A stretch of DNA of 64,000 nt, from contig NC_043006.1 of the NCBI RefSeq assembly GCF_006345805.1, positions 34,348,001 through 34,412,000 of the forward strand, written 5' to 3'. The notes under the pieces are model-generated. The model was not told the origin of the DNA. It ran no database searches and saw only the letters and a program-made list of their open reading frames with translations. Of this stretch, positions 12,601 through 24,819 are shown piece after piece. Numbering within the stretch: the first letter of the stretch is position 1; each line of letters begins with the position of its first letter. The position numbers were made by a program, and so were the translations under genes. This DNA is from Octopus sinensis (Eukaryota).

Positions 12601-15600
12601 GTCCCAGACAATGTGCATCAAGGAGGCCCTGTTGTACCAGACAATATGCACTGAGGAGGCCCTGTTGTACTAGACAATGTGCATCAAGGAGGCCCTGTTG
12701 TCCGACAATGTGCATCAAGGAGGCCCTGTTGTACCAGACAATGTGCACCAAGGAGCCCTGTTGTACCAGACAATGTGCACCAAGGAGGCCCTGTTGTACC
12801 AGACAATATGCACCAAAGAGGCCCTGTTGTCCCAGACAATGTGCATCAAGGAGGCCCTGTTGTACCAGACAATGTGCACCAAGGAGGCCCTGTTGTACCA
12901 GACAATGTGCATCAAGGAGGCCCTGTTGTACCAGACAATGTGCACCAAGGAGGCCCTGTTGTACCAGACAATGTGCATCAAGGAGGCCCTGTTGTACCAG
13001 ACAATGTGCACCAAGGAGGCCCTGTTGTACCAGACAATGTGCACCAAGGAGGCCCTGTTGTACCAGACAATATGCACCAAAGAGGCCCTGTTGTCCCAGA
13101 CAATGTGCATCAAGGAGGCCCTGTTGTACCAGACAATGTGCACCAAGGAGGCCCTGTTGTACCAGACAATGTGCATCAAGGAGGCCCTGTTGTACCAGAC
13201 AATGTGCACCAAGGAGGCCCTGTTGTACCAGACAATGTGCGCCAAGGAGGCCCTGTTGTCCCAGACAATGTGCATCAAGGAGGCCCTGTTGTCCTAGACA
13301 ATGTGCACCAAGGAGGCCCTGTTGTACCAGACAATGTGCACCAAGGAGGCCCTGTTGTACCAGACAATGTGCACCAAGGAGGCCCTGTTGTACCAGACAA
13401 TGTGCATCAAGGAGGCCCTGTTGTACCAGACAATGTGCACCAAGGAGGCCCTGTTGTACCAGACAATGTGCACCAAGGAGGCCCTGTTGTACCAGACAAT
13501 ATGCACTGAGGAGGCCCTGTTGTACTAGACAATGTGCATCAAGGAGGCCCTGTTGTACCAGACAATGTGCATCAAGGAGGCCCTGTTGTACCAGACAATG
13601 TGCACCAAGGAGGCCCTGTTGTACCAGACAATGTGCACCAAGGAGGCCCTGTTGTACCAGACAATATGCACCAAAGAGGCCCTGTTGTCCCAGACAATGT
13701 GCATCAAGGAGGCCCTGTTGTATCAGACAATGTGCACCAAGGAGGCCCTGTTGTCCCAGACAATGTGCATCAAGGAGGCCCTGTTGTCCCAGACAATGTG
13801 CATCAAGGAGGCCCTGTTGTCCCAGACAATGTGCATCAAGGAGGCCCTGTTGTCCCAGACAATGTGCATCAAGGAGGCCTGTTGTACCAGACAATGTGCA
13901 CCAAGGAGGCCCTGTTGTCCCAGACAATGTGCATCAATGAGGCCCTGTTGTACCAGACAATGTGCACCAAGGAGGCCCTGTTGTCCCAGACAATGTGCAT
14001 CAAGGAGGCCCTGTTGTACCAGACAATATGCACCAAGGAGGCCCTGTTGTACCAGATAATGTGCATCAAGGAGGCCCTGTTGTACCAGACAATGTGCACC
14101 AAGGAGGCCCTGTTGTCCCAGACAATGTGCACCAAGGAGGCCCTGTTGTACCAGACAATGTGCACCAAGGAGGCCCTGTTGTACCAGACAATGTGCATCA
14201 AGGAGGCCCTGTTGTACCAGACAATGTGCACCAAGGAGGCCTGTTGTACCAGACAATGTGCACCAAGGAGGCCCTGTGTACCAGACAATGTGCACCAAGG
14301 AGGCCCTGTTGTACCAGACAATGTGCATCAAGGAGGCCCTGTTGTACCAGACAATGTGCACCAAAGAGGCCCTGTTGTCCCAGACAATGTGCATCAAGGA
14401 GGCCCTGTTGTACCAGACAATATGCACTGAGGAGGCCCTGTTGTACTAGACAATGTGCATCAAGGAGGCCCTGTTGTACCAGACAATGTGCATCAAGGAG
14501 GCCCTGTTGTACAGACAATGTGCACCAAGGAGGCCTGTTGTCCCAGACAATGTGCATCAAGGAGGCCCTGTTGTATCAGACAATGTGCACCAAGGAGGCC
14601 CTGTTGTCCCAGACAATGTGCATCAAGGAGGCCCTGTTGTCCCAGACAATGTGCATCAAGGAGGCCCTGTTGTATCAGACAATGTGCACCAAGAGGCCCT
14701 GTTGTCCCAGACAATGTGCATCAAGGAGGCCCTGTTGTATCAGACAATGTGCACCAAGGAGGCCCTGTTGTCCCAGACAATGTGCATCAAGGAGGCCCTG
14801 TTGTCCCAGACAATGTGCATCAAGGAGGCCCTGTTGTCCCAGACAATGTGCATCAAGGAGGCCCTGTTGTCCCAGACAATGTGCATCAAGGAGGCCCTGT
14901 TGTACCAGACAATGTGCACCAAGGAGGCCCTGTTGTCCCAGACAATGTGCATCAATGAGGCCCTGTTGTACCAGACAATGTGCACCAAGGAGCCCTGTTG
15001 TCCCAGACAATGTGCATCAAGGAGGCCCTGTTGTACCAGACAATATGCACCAAGGAGGCCCTGTTGTACCAGATAATGTGCATCAAGGAGGCCCTGTTTT
15101 ACCAGACAATGTGCACCAAGGAGGCCCTGTTGTCCCAGACAATGTGCACCAAGGAGGCCCTGTTGTACCAGACAATGTGCACCAAGGAGGCCCTGTTGTA
15201 CCAGACAATGTGCATCAAGGAGGCCCTGTTGTACCAGACAATGTGCACCAAGGAGGCCCTGTTGTACCAGACAATGTGCACCAAGGAGGCCCTGTTGTAC
15301 CAGACAATGTGCACCAAGGAGGCCCTGTTGTACCAGACAATGTGCATCAAGGAGGCCCTGTTGTACCAGACAATGTGCACCAAAGAGGCCCTGTTGTCCC
15401 AGACAATGTGCATCAAGGAGGCCCTGTTGTACCAGACAATATGCACTGAGGAGGCCCTGTTGTACTAGACAATGTGCATCAAGGAGGCCCTGTTGTACCA
15501 GACAATGTGCATCAAGGAGGCCCTGTTGTACCAGACAATGTGCACCAAGGAGGCCCTGTTGTCCCAGACAATGTGCATCAAGGAGGCCCTGTTGTATCAG

Positions 15601-15874
15601 ACAATGTGCACCAAGGAGGCCCTGTTGTCCCAGACAATGTGCATCAAGGAGGCCCTGTTGTCCCAGACAATGTGCATCAAGGAGGCCCTGTTGTATCAGA
15701 CAATGTGCACCAAGGAGGCCCTGTTGTCCCAGACAATGTGCATCAAGGAGGCCCTGTTGTACCAGACAATGTGCACCAAGGAGGCCCTGTTGTCCCAGAC
15801 AATGTGCACCAAGGAGGCCCTGTTGTCCCAGACAATGTGCATCAAGGAGGCCCTGTTGTATCAGACAATGTGCA
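9601..15874. repeat. 33-bp minisatellite array, about 190 units
   Basis: Unit GGAGGCCCTGTTGT(A/C)CCAGACAATGTGCA(T/C)CAA repeated head to tail with no unique spacers. It generates all the long ORFs listed between 9550 and 15984. Confidence 0.98.
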
Positions 15875-16557
15875 GAATACAGATATGGAATCAAGATACA
15901 AACACTTTGACTCTAACTTCAACTGCTGACTCCTCCATTTATAGTACCACTGGTTCTGACTCCAGCTCCCCTGTTTATTATTAGACTAATCACATGCTTC
16001 TTATACAGACTGAAAGCACACAACATACAAAGCCAATGTGAACCATCAGGCTAGATTTTAGCTGTGTTGTTGTCGCTTTTATTTTATATTATTTTTTAAA
16101 GTTACAAACAATTACACTTGAGATAAAACTTTAAATTTAAAAACAAACTTGATAAAAATCAAAAGACTATAAAGTAAAAAGATAAGGAAATAGACCATAA
16201 AAATACCACAAACAAATAAAAATACCCTCAGAAATGTCTTTGTTTACCAGATCAAGAAGATAAAGTCCATCCAAGCTGAATCTAAAAGCTAGAACACCTA
16301 AAGCAATCTAATAAAAACTATTGTCTGTGAAATTAGTCAAATTAGTATCTGTGAATGAAATTGGAAATGTTTGCGTGGCATATTACATTTTACATTTAGT
16401 CAAAGTTAAGAGTTGATACACGTTTACAGACTCCAATTCCAGTAACCCAATAACTACGACTAACTCTGATTCTACAGACCATCAGGTAGGCTGAGAGTAT
16501 CTTACTTTTTTTGTCAGCGAGAATGAATTTGAAATAATAATATTTAATACAGTGAAG

Positions 16558-16769
16558 GTGGTGAGCTGGCAGAAACGTTAGCACGCTGGGTGAAATGCTT
16601 AGCGGAATTTCATCTGTCTTTACATTCTGAGTTCAAATTTCGCCTAGGTCGACTTTGCCTTTCATCCTTTCAGGGTCGATAAATTAAGTATCAGTTATGT
16701 ACTGGGGTCAATCTAATCGACTGCCCCGCCTCCCCAAAAATTTCGAGCCTTGTGCCTAGAGTAGAAAAG
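16558..16769 (+). mobile_element. tRNA-derived SINE with Nin/Deu-like central domain (family B)
   Basis: GAGCTGGCAGAAACGTTAG head, GAGTTCAAATT B-box-like motif, and GCCTTTCATCCTTTCAGGGTCGATAAATTAAGTA core. Confidence 0.8.
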
Positions 16770-16780
16770 TATATCTAATG

Positions 16781-17084
16781 CAGTGGTTCTGAACCAATTT
16801 TTTTTTTTAATCTATGGACCCCTTTGATTACTATTTTATTCTGTTGGACTTCCATAACTGTTCAATATTTAAAAACTAATTATACAGAGAAATCTTTCAA
16901 AATTCTCATTTTGTTTTTCACACATTAACTTGTGTATGTCAAACGTCAGAGAAAGTAAGCCTGCTGTTTCTGACAATAAATATGATTGAAAGCAAAATTT
17001 TTTCATGGACTCTTAACCAATTAACTATTTTACTTGCATGCCCCCCACCCTCCCACCTAATCTTATATGGATTAAGAACCGCTG
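16781..17084. mobile_element. hAT (Charlie-like) MITE
   Basis: TIRs CAGTGGTTCT / AGAACCGCTG with a perfect 8-bp TSD ATCTAATG at 16773-16780 and 17085-17092. Confidence 0.85.
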
Positions 17085-17399
17085 ATCTAATGTATGTTTC
17101 TATATTTAAGATGGTAGGTATGATTTAAAGCAGACTTCGTTGCTATCTCTAGCAATCTAGAGACTACACAACATTCTGAAGTATACCAACAGTCCAAAAA
17201 GAAAGTAGTGAACTTAGGCTTTGATTTGCTTATAATTCAACCAGCTCTGAGTGTTTTATGAAACTTTTGAAACACTCGTCTTTGTAAGCAATAAAGGGAC
17301 AGTAAGGGACAATAAATGCATTGGTACGGTAGTTTTAGCTTTTGTCTCCGATTTATGATATACACACTTTAATTTATGCTTATTCAGTAAGATACAAAT

Positions 17400-17760
17400 A
17401 TATCATCATCATCAACATTGTTCCATCTCTGTTTTCCATGTGGGCATGGGTTGGACAGTTTGACTGAGGTCTGGCAAGCTAGAAGGCTGCACCAGACTCC
17501 AATCTGATCTGGCACAGTTTCTACAGTTAGATGCCCTTCCTAACGCCAACCACTCTGAGAGTGTAGTGGGTACTTTTTATGTGCCACCAGCACAAGAGCA
17601 AGTCAGGTGGCACTGGCAAAAACCATGCACAAATGGTGTTTTTTACATGCTACTGGCACAGGAGTCCAGTCAGGTGGCACTGGCAATGATTACGCTTGAA
17701 TGATGCTTTTTACATGCCAATCAGGTGATATTGTCATCGGTCACTACGATTTCACTTGCC
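17400..17760 (-). mobile_element. Family C SINE with internal tandem units
   Basis: Same motifs as the copies at 1115, 21903 and 34561. Confidence 0.75.
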
Positions 17761-17889
17761 TCAACAGGTCTTTGCAAGAACAATTTATTGCCTAATGATT
17801 GAAGAGTACTCTTACATGGGGTGGTTATACACTATTAATATCCAGCACAAGTCCACATACTCAAACAAAAGAGGAATTTACATATTTAA

Positions 17890-18109
17890 CACGTTCATTG
17901 CTGTACTTATTTTGAGATGTTCTGTGTTTCTTTCAATTACTTTAAATATAACAGAGAATTTAGTAAAATAACTTGGTTATCATTAAGCTAGTGTTAGGAA
18001 CATAAATTGTGACTAAGGTTTGGTGGAAGATTTTAATTCAAAACTTATGAAAACAAGACATTTATACTCAGAGCCGGAGCCAGTTTCAGCCAGGTTGGTA
18101 ACGAAAGAG
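17890..18109. mobile_element. piggyBac-like (TTAA) MITE, older copy
   Basis: About 220 bp, TTAA on both sides, closely similar to 28906-29124 but with decayed termini. Confidence 0.7.
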
Positions 18110-18538
18110 TTAAGCAAATGAACCAATATATTCACCTGATTAATATTGAATTGAGGTGGTGTAGTGGTCAAGACTGAAAGAGGCCAATAGCTAATCTTAA
18201 TAATGATTTCTAGCATTGACTGACACAACGGTACAGATCCTGAGAAGAGAAAGTCAATTTAAACTGTCCCCAGTATTTGGCAAGTAGTTATTTCATCAAG
18301 CCCAGAGGTATGTAAAAACGAAGTTGGCCAGGATAGAACCAGAAAAGTGGGGAAATAATAATAATAATAATAATAATAATATAATAATAATAATCATCCT
18401 TTCTGGCACAAGGTCTGAAATTTTGGGGAAAAGGATAGCCAATTACATTGAACCAGTGATTCACTGGTACTTATGTTATCTACTGTGAAAGGATGAAAGG
18501 CAAGGTCAATTTCAGTAAATAATAATAATAATAACAAT

Positions 18539-18945
18539 AATAGTGAGATAGAGAATAGGAAGCCAGGGATAGTCTCAATTGAGAAAGAAAACAAACTATG
18601 CTGGATCATAGATATAGCATGCCCAGCTGACAACAAGGTATGTGATAAGGAAGAATGAAAAGTCGAGAGATATGACAGGTTAGCTTGGGAAGTTAAGCAG
18701 TTGTGGTCAATGGAAAAGGTAGCAGTAGTACCAATAATTGTCGGAGCCTTGGGAACAGTGAGCAAAAATCTTGAGAATTTACGTGGAACAAATAGGGGCT
18801 GCAATAAGGGTGGTGTACTTGCAGAAAACAGCACTGCTTGAATATTCCAGAAGGTGCTTTAAAAATAAGAGGTGTTACCTTAACTCACTGGTAGTGAACA
18901 GCTGACACCGTAGTACATCTCCAGCATTAGAAGCTGTGCAAAAGC
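18539..18945 (+). pseudogene. 5'-truncated R4/Dong-clade non-LTR retrotransposon (restriction-like endonuclease C-terminus)
   Basis: Translates as NSEIENRKPGIVSIEKENKLCWIIDIACPADNKVCDKEE*KVERYDRLAWEVKQLWSMEKVAVVPIIVGALGTVSKNLEN, then after a frameshift ...LQKTALL...FQKVL*. This matches the RPD-IID-EK-KY-GALG-LQK pattern of R4/Dong elements. Flanked by (AAT)n on both sides. Confidence 0.8.
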
Positions 18946-18981
18946 AATAATAATAATAATAATGGTTTCAAATTTTTCCAC

Positions 18982-19378
18982 AGGCACAGGAGTGGCTGTG
19001 TGGTAAATAGCTTGCTTGCCAATCACATGGTTCCAGCTTCAGTCCCACTGCGTGGCACCTTGGGCAAGTGTCTTCTGCTATAGCCTCGGGTCGACCAAAG
19101 CCTTGTGAGTAGATTTGATAGATGGAAACTGAAAGAAGCCCATCATATTTATATGTGTGTGTGTGTGCATATGTTTGTGTGTCTGTGTTTGTACCCCCAC
19201 CATCGCTTGACAACCGATGTTGGTGTGTTTACGTCCCCATAACTTAGCGGCTTGGCAAAAGCAACAAATAGAATAAATACTAGGCTTACAAAGAATAAGT
19301 CTAGTGGTCAATTTGTTCGACTAAAGGCAGCGCCCCAGCATGACTGCAGTCAAATGACTGAAACAAGTAAAAGAATAA
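18982..19378 (+). mobile_element. Family A SINE
   Basis: Full head, Meta-like block and tail. Confidence 0.85.
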
Positions 19379-19444
19379 GGGCAGCAATTTTAGGGGAGAG
19401 GATGAGTCAATTACATCGACCCCAGTGTTCAACTGGTGATGATG

Positions 19445-19480
<36 letters not shown>

Positions 19481-19771
19481 GCTCTGATTGGAAGTGTTAA
19501 TATGTTCATGTTTTGTCTTGGTATAAAAGATGGGCTACAGTAAATATTCTGCTCAATACCACTGATTTGTTTGTCAGTTGTTTGACCTTAACCACTGGAG
19601 CATGTTCCTTGGTGGGTGATGATATGTGCATCTTTGGTCACGAGCAGTAGGTTGAGGAGCATCATAGCCATGTGCTTGATCTGACAACATACAACCTCAA
19701 GAAATGCCACTAAGCATTTTCTCTAGTGCAGTAGTGATTCTATCAACTCACAAGACTACCATATCTTACTA

Positions 19772-21080
19772 CAGGGTGGGGCAGAGAGGACGGACGTTTT
19801 TGAAAAATTCACAAGATCATTAATTTTACCTGCAAACATTTTACTGACATCAATGTGTTCGTATCGAATTAGTAATTGTCAAAACCAAATGTGGAAAACA
19901 ACATCCATCATGTGGTGTCCGTTTTCATTGATGCATTTCTGAAAGTGTTCTTGGAAATTGGTCTCCATTCTCTCCAGCATAGCTCTGTCGATTTGGGCAA
20001 CTTCCATGTGAACAGCTTCCTTCACATCATCCAACATATGGCACTTATGCACATACACATTTGCCTTGAGGTTTCCCCTCGAGAAATAACCACACATGGG
20101 CAAATTAGGGGACTGAGGGGGCCAAGGAATGTCAGCAAACCTGGAAATGAGGTGGTCACTAAAGAGAGGGCAAAGAACATCCCTTGATGTTCTGGCTGTG
20201 TGGGCCCCATCCTGATGAAACCACACACGTCGAATAGGCATAAGTTTCTGTCGTAATTCAGGCACAAAGAAGTTGTTTATTATCACGATGTAATGCTCTG
20301 AATTCATAGTAACAGCATTTCCATTATTGTCTTCAAAAAAGTAAGGACCAATGACAGCAGCTTTTCCAACAGTCCACCAGACCATCACTTCTGGGCTGAG
20401 CAGCGGTCCTTCGTGCAGTTCTCTCGGATTTTCAAGAACCCAATAACGACAGTTCTTTTGATTCACCATGCCATTGAGATGAAAATGAGTTTCATCACGC
20501 ATTAACAAAATGAGGTTGTCATCTGCCTCAAAAATTGCTTCCATCTGACCTGTAAAGTTATGCATGGTCTCATGGTTTCAACTGTTACCCAATGGGTGGA
20601 AATGCAGGTCATCATGGCAAAATATGCCTTACAGATTGATTACCAATGACAAGTTCAGTGGAATGGCTCCGAGCAGAGCAATTCGGACTTCGCATCAAAG
20701 CTTGTTTGATCTGACGTGTTCCACATTTTCCAAGATGTGCACCGTCTGTAGTGCCTCCATCAGTCTTTTATTTATTACCTCATGTACAAAGTGCATTCAT
20801 CCAACGTAAGATTGTGTTACAAGTGGGAACAGCCTGATTTCGGTGAATGTTGAAGTGGCGCCTAAACTCACGCTGAATTGCTGTGACAGACTTGTTATTC
20901 TTCATGAAACTGTCATAGGTAAACAAACGATGCTCTATCATACACAGTGTCATGGCTTCACCTGAAAAGAAAAAATGCTAAGACACCACAGACTGAATGG
21001 TACCTCTCAGACATATGTCCCTCCCCCTGGAGCTGAGTAATGGCCATTTCAAAAACGTCCATCGTCTCTTCCCCAACCTG
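19772..21080 (-). mobile_element. Full-length Tc1/mariner transposon of the maT (DD37D) type, 1309 bp
   Basis: About 34-bp TIRs CAGGGTGGGGCAGAGAGGACGGACGTTTTTGAAA / TTTCAAAAACGTCCATCGTCTCTTCCCCAACCTG (4 mismatches), each flanked by TA. Confidence 0.9.
19879..20953 (-). pseudogene. Disrupted maT/mariner transposase
   Basis: N-terminus MTLCMIEHRLFTYDSFMKNNKSVTAIQREFRRHFNIHRNQAVPTCNTILRW* resembles the DUF4817 HTH. Catalytic part contains RDETHFHLNG, NCRYW, IGPYFFE, WFHQDGA, WPPQSPNL and LKANVY. An in-frame stop and frameshift separate the parts, and the third catalytic D appears mutated. Confidence 0.9.
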
Positions 21081-21868
21081 TATATAATATTTCCAAGGTG
21101 CTGAGAGAAACCTTGAAAGTCTGTGTTTAGCTCAGCTTTCATGGTGTTATGCAAATGGGAAAAACTATCATTGGAAAAATAACTAATCTATCACAGGAAA
21201 TATTCTCAGATAAGCAGATACCTATTCTCAAGAGTCAAGTAAACTAGATGTTGCCTGCCTAAAATATAATGAAGAACCTTCAAGGAGGTTTTGAACTTAT
21301 GACCTGTGAGTTTGTAGTCCAATGATTTATCCTCAGGCCCATTCATTCAGACCACAGCAACAATTGATGGAAAATGATGCAGTAATGATAGACATTATAG
21401 TAAATATGTTGTTATATGAAAAGAAAGAGAGAGAGAGAGAGAAAGTGAAGAGAAAGGGAACAAAATGGGGAGAAAAAGCAGAGAAGAAAGAATAAAAAGA
21501 AAAAGAGAGAAATATAGAAAAAATATATGAAAAGAAAATAGAGTAAATAGCCAGTAATTGAATACAATCAATATGCTTTTTATATATATGTATATATATA
21601 ATAAGAGAAGCAACTGTCTAGAGAAATAAGCTGGGCAATGCCTGCTCTCATATATATATATTCTATAAACAAAGTACAAATTGTACCAATTTAGAGAAGC
21701 TATATATAAGCACAGTGTTACATATTCTCTCTTTCCATCTCCGTCTCTCTTTTTTACACACACACACACCTGTTGGTGTGCCTGTCAAGTTTCTAAGCAC
21801 ACACAAAGACAGATATTTTACCACTCATTATCACTATAAAACTGTATATAAATATACATGAATCTAAT

Positions 21869-21902
<34 letters not shown>

Positions 21903-21904
<2 letters not shown>

Positions 21905-22450
21905 TCATCATCGCTTAATGTCCGTTTTCCATGCTGGCATGGGTTGGATGGTTTGACTGGGGTCTGGGAAGCCAGGATGCTGTACCAGGCCCCAATCTAA
22001 TCTGACAGTATTTTTACAGCTGGACGTCCTTCCTAATGCCAACCACTCCGTGAGTGTTGTGGGTGCTTTTTACGTGCCACCAGCACAGGGGCCAGAGGAG
22101 CTGGTATCGACCACAATCAGATAGTGTTTTTTATGTGCCACCATCACAGAAGCCGGTCAAAGCAGCACTGGCATCGGTCATGTTCAGATGGTGCTTTTTA
22201 CGTGCTACCAGCACGGGGCTCACAACTACAATTTCCATTTGATTTGATTTCGATATTGATGTTATGTCAATGTACTTGACTCAATAGGTCTCCTCAAGTA
22301 TGGTATGTCACTCTATGATCTAAAGTACTTTTGAGTGGGCTGGTTATGCAGCACTGGTGTAGGTTACAGCTGTGAACTCACTTTATTTGCCGGGTCTTCT
22401 CAGTTACAGCATACCTCCAGAGGTCTGTCTTTTGTCATTGCCTCTGTGAG
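21903..22450 (-). mobile_element. Long family C element (SINE plus extended body)
   Basis: Family C tail and core, followed by extra sequence partly shared with the copies near 8040 and 17740. Confidence 0.65.
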
Positions 22451-22499
22451 GCCCATATATATATATATATGATGATCGATTCCCTTGCTATGAATGACA

Positions 22500-22925
22500 A
22501 ATGAGAGTTCAGTAAAATAAGCGTTAATTATGTTCTCTGGGCATGAACGTGTTTCTTGAAGTCTGCTGGTGCCTTGCAAACCTTTTGGCAATAGAACAAG
22601 TTGAGGACTCAGTTTGCTGGAGTGCTTGTGGATCATTTGTTAGGTGTTTTCTTTAGTGGACAGCTAGGCCTACTTTGCTTCGTGCCACAAACCCACAATG
22701 ACAGGTAAGGTTTTCATTTAGAGGAGCAATGTTTTGCCAGTGTGCCTTCATACTTGCACAAAGTTGGTCCTGGAGTTGGAATTGACTTTGCTCAAATCTT
22801 TGAACTGAGAAGTAGCAAGACTGGTACCAGGTCCTGCATTCTGATGCTTTGTTTTCCCAGGAAAAAAAGGGAATGTTGCATTGCTTCAGATTGTCTTTGA
22901 AGCACAAGACTGGCCTTCCATTTGA
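22500..22925 (-). pseudogene. RTE-clade LINE 3' fragment with C-terminal zinc-finger motifs
   Basis: GRPVLCFKDNLKQCNIPFFSWENKASECRTW...FEQ...CHCGFVARSKVGLAVH*RKH, then a frameshifted C-x2-C-QKVCK...KKHVH. This is the typical GRP-KRFKD...WE...C-x-C...SRIGL-SH ending of RTE ORFs. Confidence 0.7.
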
Positions 22926-23084
22926 CCTTCCTGTATATATAACAATCTAACACCTGTTTTCCATGCTGACATGGGTTGGACAGGTCAAGTGGAGTTAGTA
23001 AGGCCAAGGGCTGCATTGGCCTCTATTGTCTGTTCTGGTATGGTTTCTATGGTTGAGATGCTCTTCTTCATTCATTCATTCTCT

Positions 23085-23290
23085 TTTACTCTTGGCCAAA
23101 GGGCTGAAATTTTGGGGGAGGGGACAGTCGATTAGATCGATCCCAGCACGCAACAGGTACTTAATTTATCAACCCTGAAAGGATGAAAGGCAAAGTCGAC
23201 CTTGGCAGAATTTGAACTCAGAACGTAAAGACTGATGAAATACCACTAAGCATTTCACCTGGCATGCTAATGATTGTGCCAGTTCACTGC
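23085..23290 (-). mobile_element. Family B SINE
   Basis: Reverse complement of the Nin-like core (AAGGATGAAAGGCAAAGTCGACC...GAATTTGAACTC). Confidence 0.75.
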
Positions 23291-23479
23291 CATTCATAGA
23301 CACACAAACAGAGGCACAGGCATGGCTGTGTGGTAAGAAGTTTGTTTCCCAGCCATATGGCTTCAGGTTCAGTCCCTCAGTGTGTATCTTGCTCAAGTGT
23401 CTTCTACTATAGCTTTATGAATGGATTTGGTAGACAGAAACTGAAAGAAACCCATCATATATATATTCTTTTTTTTTTT

Positions 23480-23678
23480 CATTTATTTGTTTCAGTCATT
23501 TGACAGCGGCCATGCTGGAGCACCGCCTTTAATCAAACAAATTGACTCCAGGACTTATTCTTTGTAAGCCTAGTATTTATCATGTCGGTCTCTTATGCCA
23601 AACTGCTAAGCTACAGGGACGTAAACACACCAGCATCGGTTGTCAAGCAATGGTGGAGGGATAAACACAGACACACAA

Positions 23679-23716
<38 letters not shown>

Positions 23717-24135
23717 GTACAATGGGCTTCCTTCAATTTCCATCAACCAAATCCACTCACAAGGCTTTGGTTGGCCAGAAACTATAGTAGAAGACACTTG
23801 CCCAAGGTGCCATGCAGTGGGGCTGAACCTGGAACCATGTGGTTGGTAAACAAGCTTCTTACCACAGAGCCACTCCTGCGCATATATATATATATATATT
23901 TGTGCATGCCTGTCTTTGTGTTTGTCCCCCCCCCCCACACACACACCACCACCATTGCTAAACAACCAATGTTGGCATGTTTATGTCCCTGCAACTTAGC
24001 AATTCAGCAAAAGAGACTGAAAGAATAATTACCAAACTTAATTAAAAAATAATTTTACTGCAGTTGATTCATTCCACTAAAAAGATCTTTAAGGTGTTGC
24101 CCCAGCATGGCCGCAGTGAAATGACTGAAACAAGA
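23480..24135. mobile_element. Inverted pair of family A SINEs
   Basis: Minus copy at about 23480-23882 adjoins a plus-strand second half at about 23900-24135. Confidence 0.75.
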
Positions 24136-24819
24136 TAAACACACACACACACATTCACTCTGTATATATAAAATGTCAGTGTCCAATTTATACACATGTA
24201 CATACGAAGAGGCATTATGTATATTAAATGTACACATATGCATTGATTTCTGTAAAAAGTATAAACACACACACTGAACAGATTCACAACTATACATACA
24301 TACATACACACAGAGAGGTTTATATAATATGAAAAACAGAATCTAACTGCTCGTAAGATGAATTGATAACACACACACACACACACACCACACACATAGA
24401 TACACACTGTAATACAATATATAGATTGTAAACATGCACATATAAAAGCCGCATCTATAAATATTGGGAAGCTACATACTTACACATAGATGCAATATTT
24501 GATACGCATTATGCACATATGCAAACAAGTGCACACACATCTGCACCTATATTCTCTCTCTTTCACACACACACACAATATATATTCATTCACTTTTTCT
24601 TTCTCTCACACACACAAACGCATACATTTCTACACAGACCAATGCCACACGTGTATGCACATGCCTTACAAATGCATCAGTTTATTGAACAGGAGAAGTT
24701 AGTAAACGTTAACAGATCAGAAGTGAACGACTTTTTGAGATTTAGACAAAAGCAGAGAGGTATTGATTGAATATTACCAGGCATATGATGTTGGAACCGT
24801 TCTCTCAGACATTTTTGCA

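Noticed and set aside
9601-15874. CRISPR-like array (33-bp repeats)
   Set aside because: Units are contiguous with no unique spacers, no cas genes are present, and the context is eukaryotic.
22663-22710. Plus-strand 48-nt exon-like segment (TTTAG|...CAG|GTAAGG)
   Set aside because: It lies antisense within the RTE LINE relic, so the splice-like signals are probably incidental.
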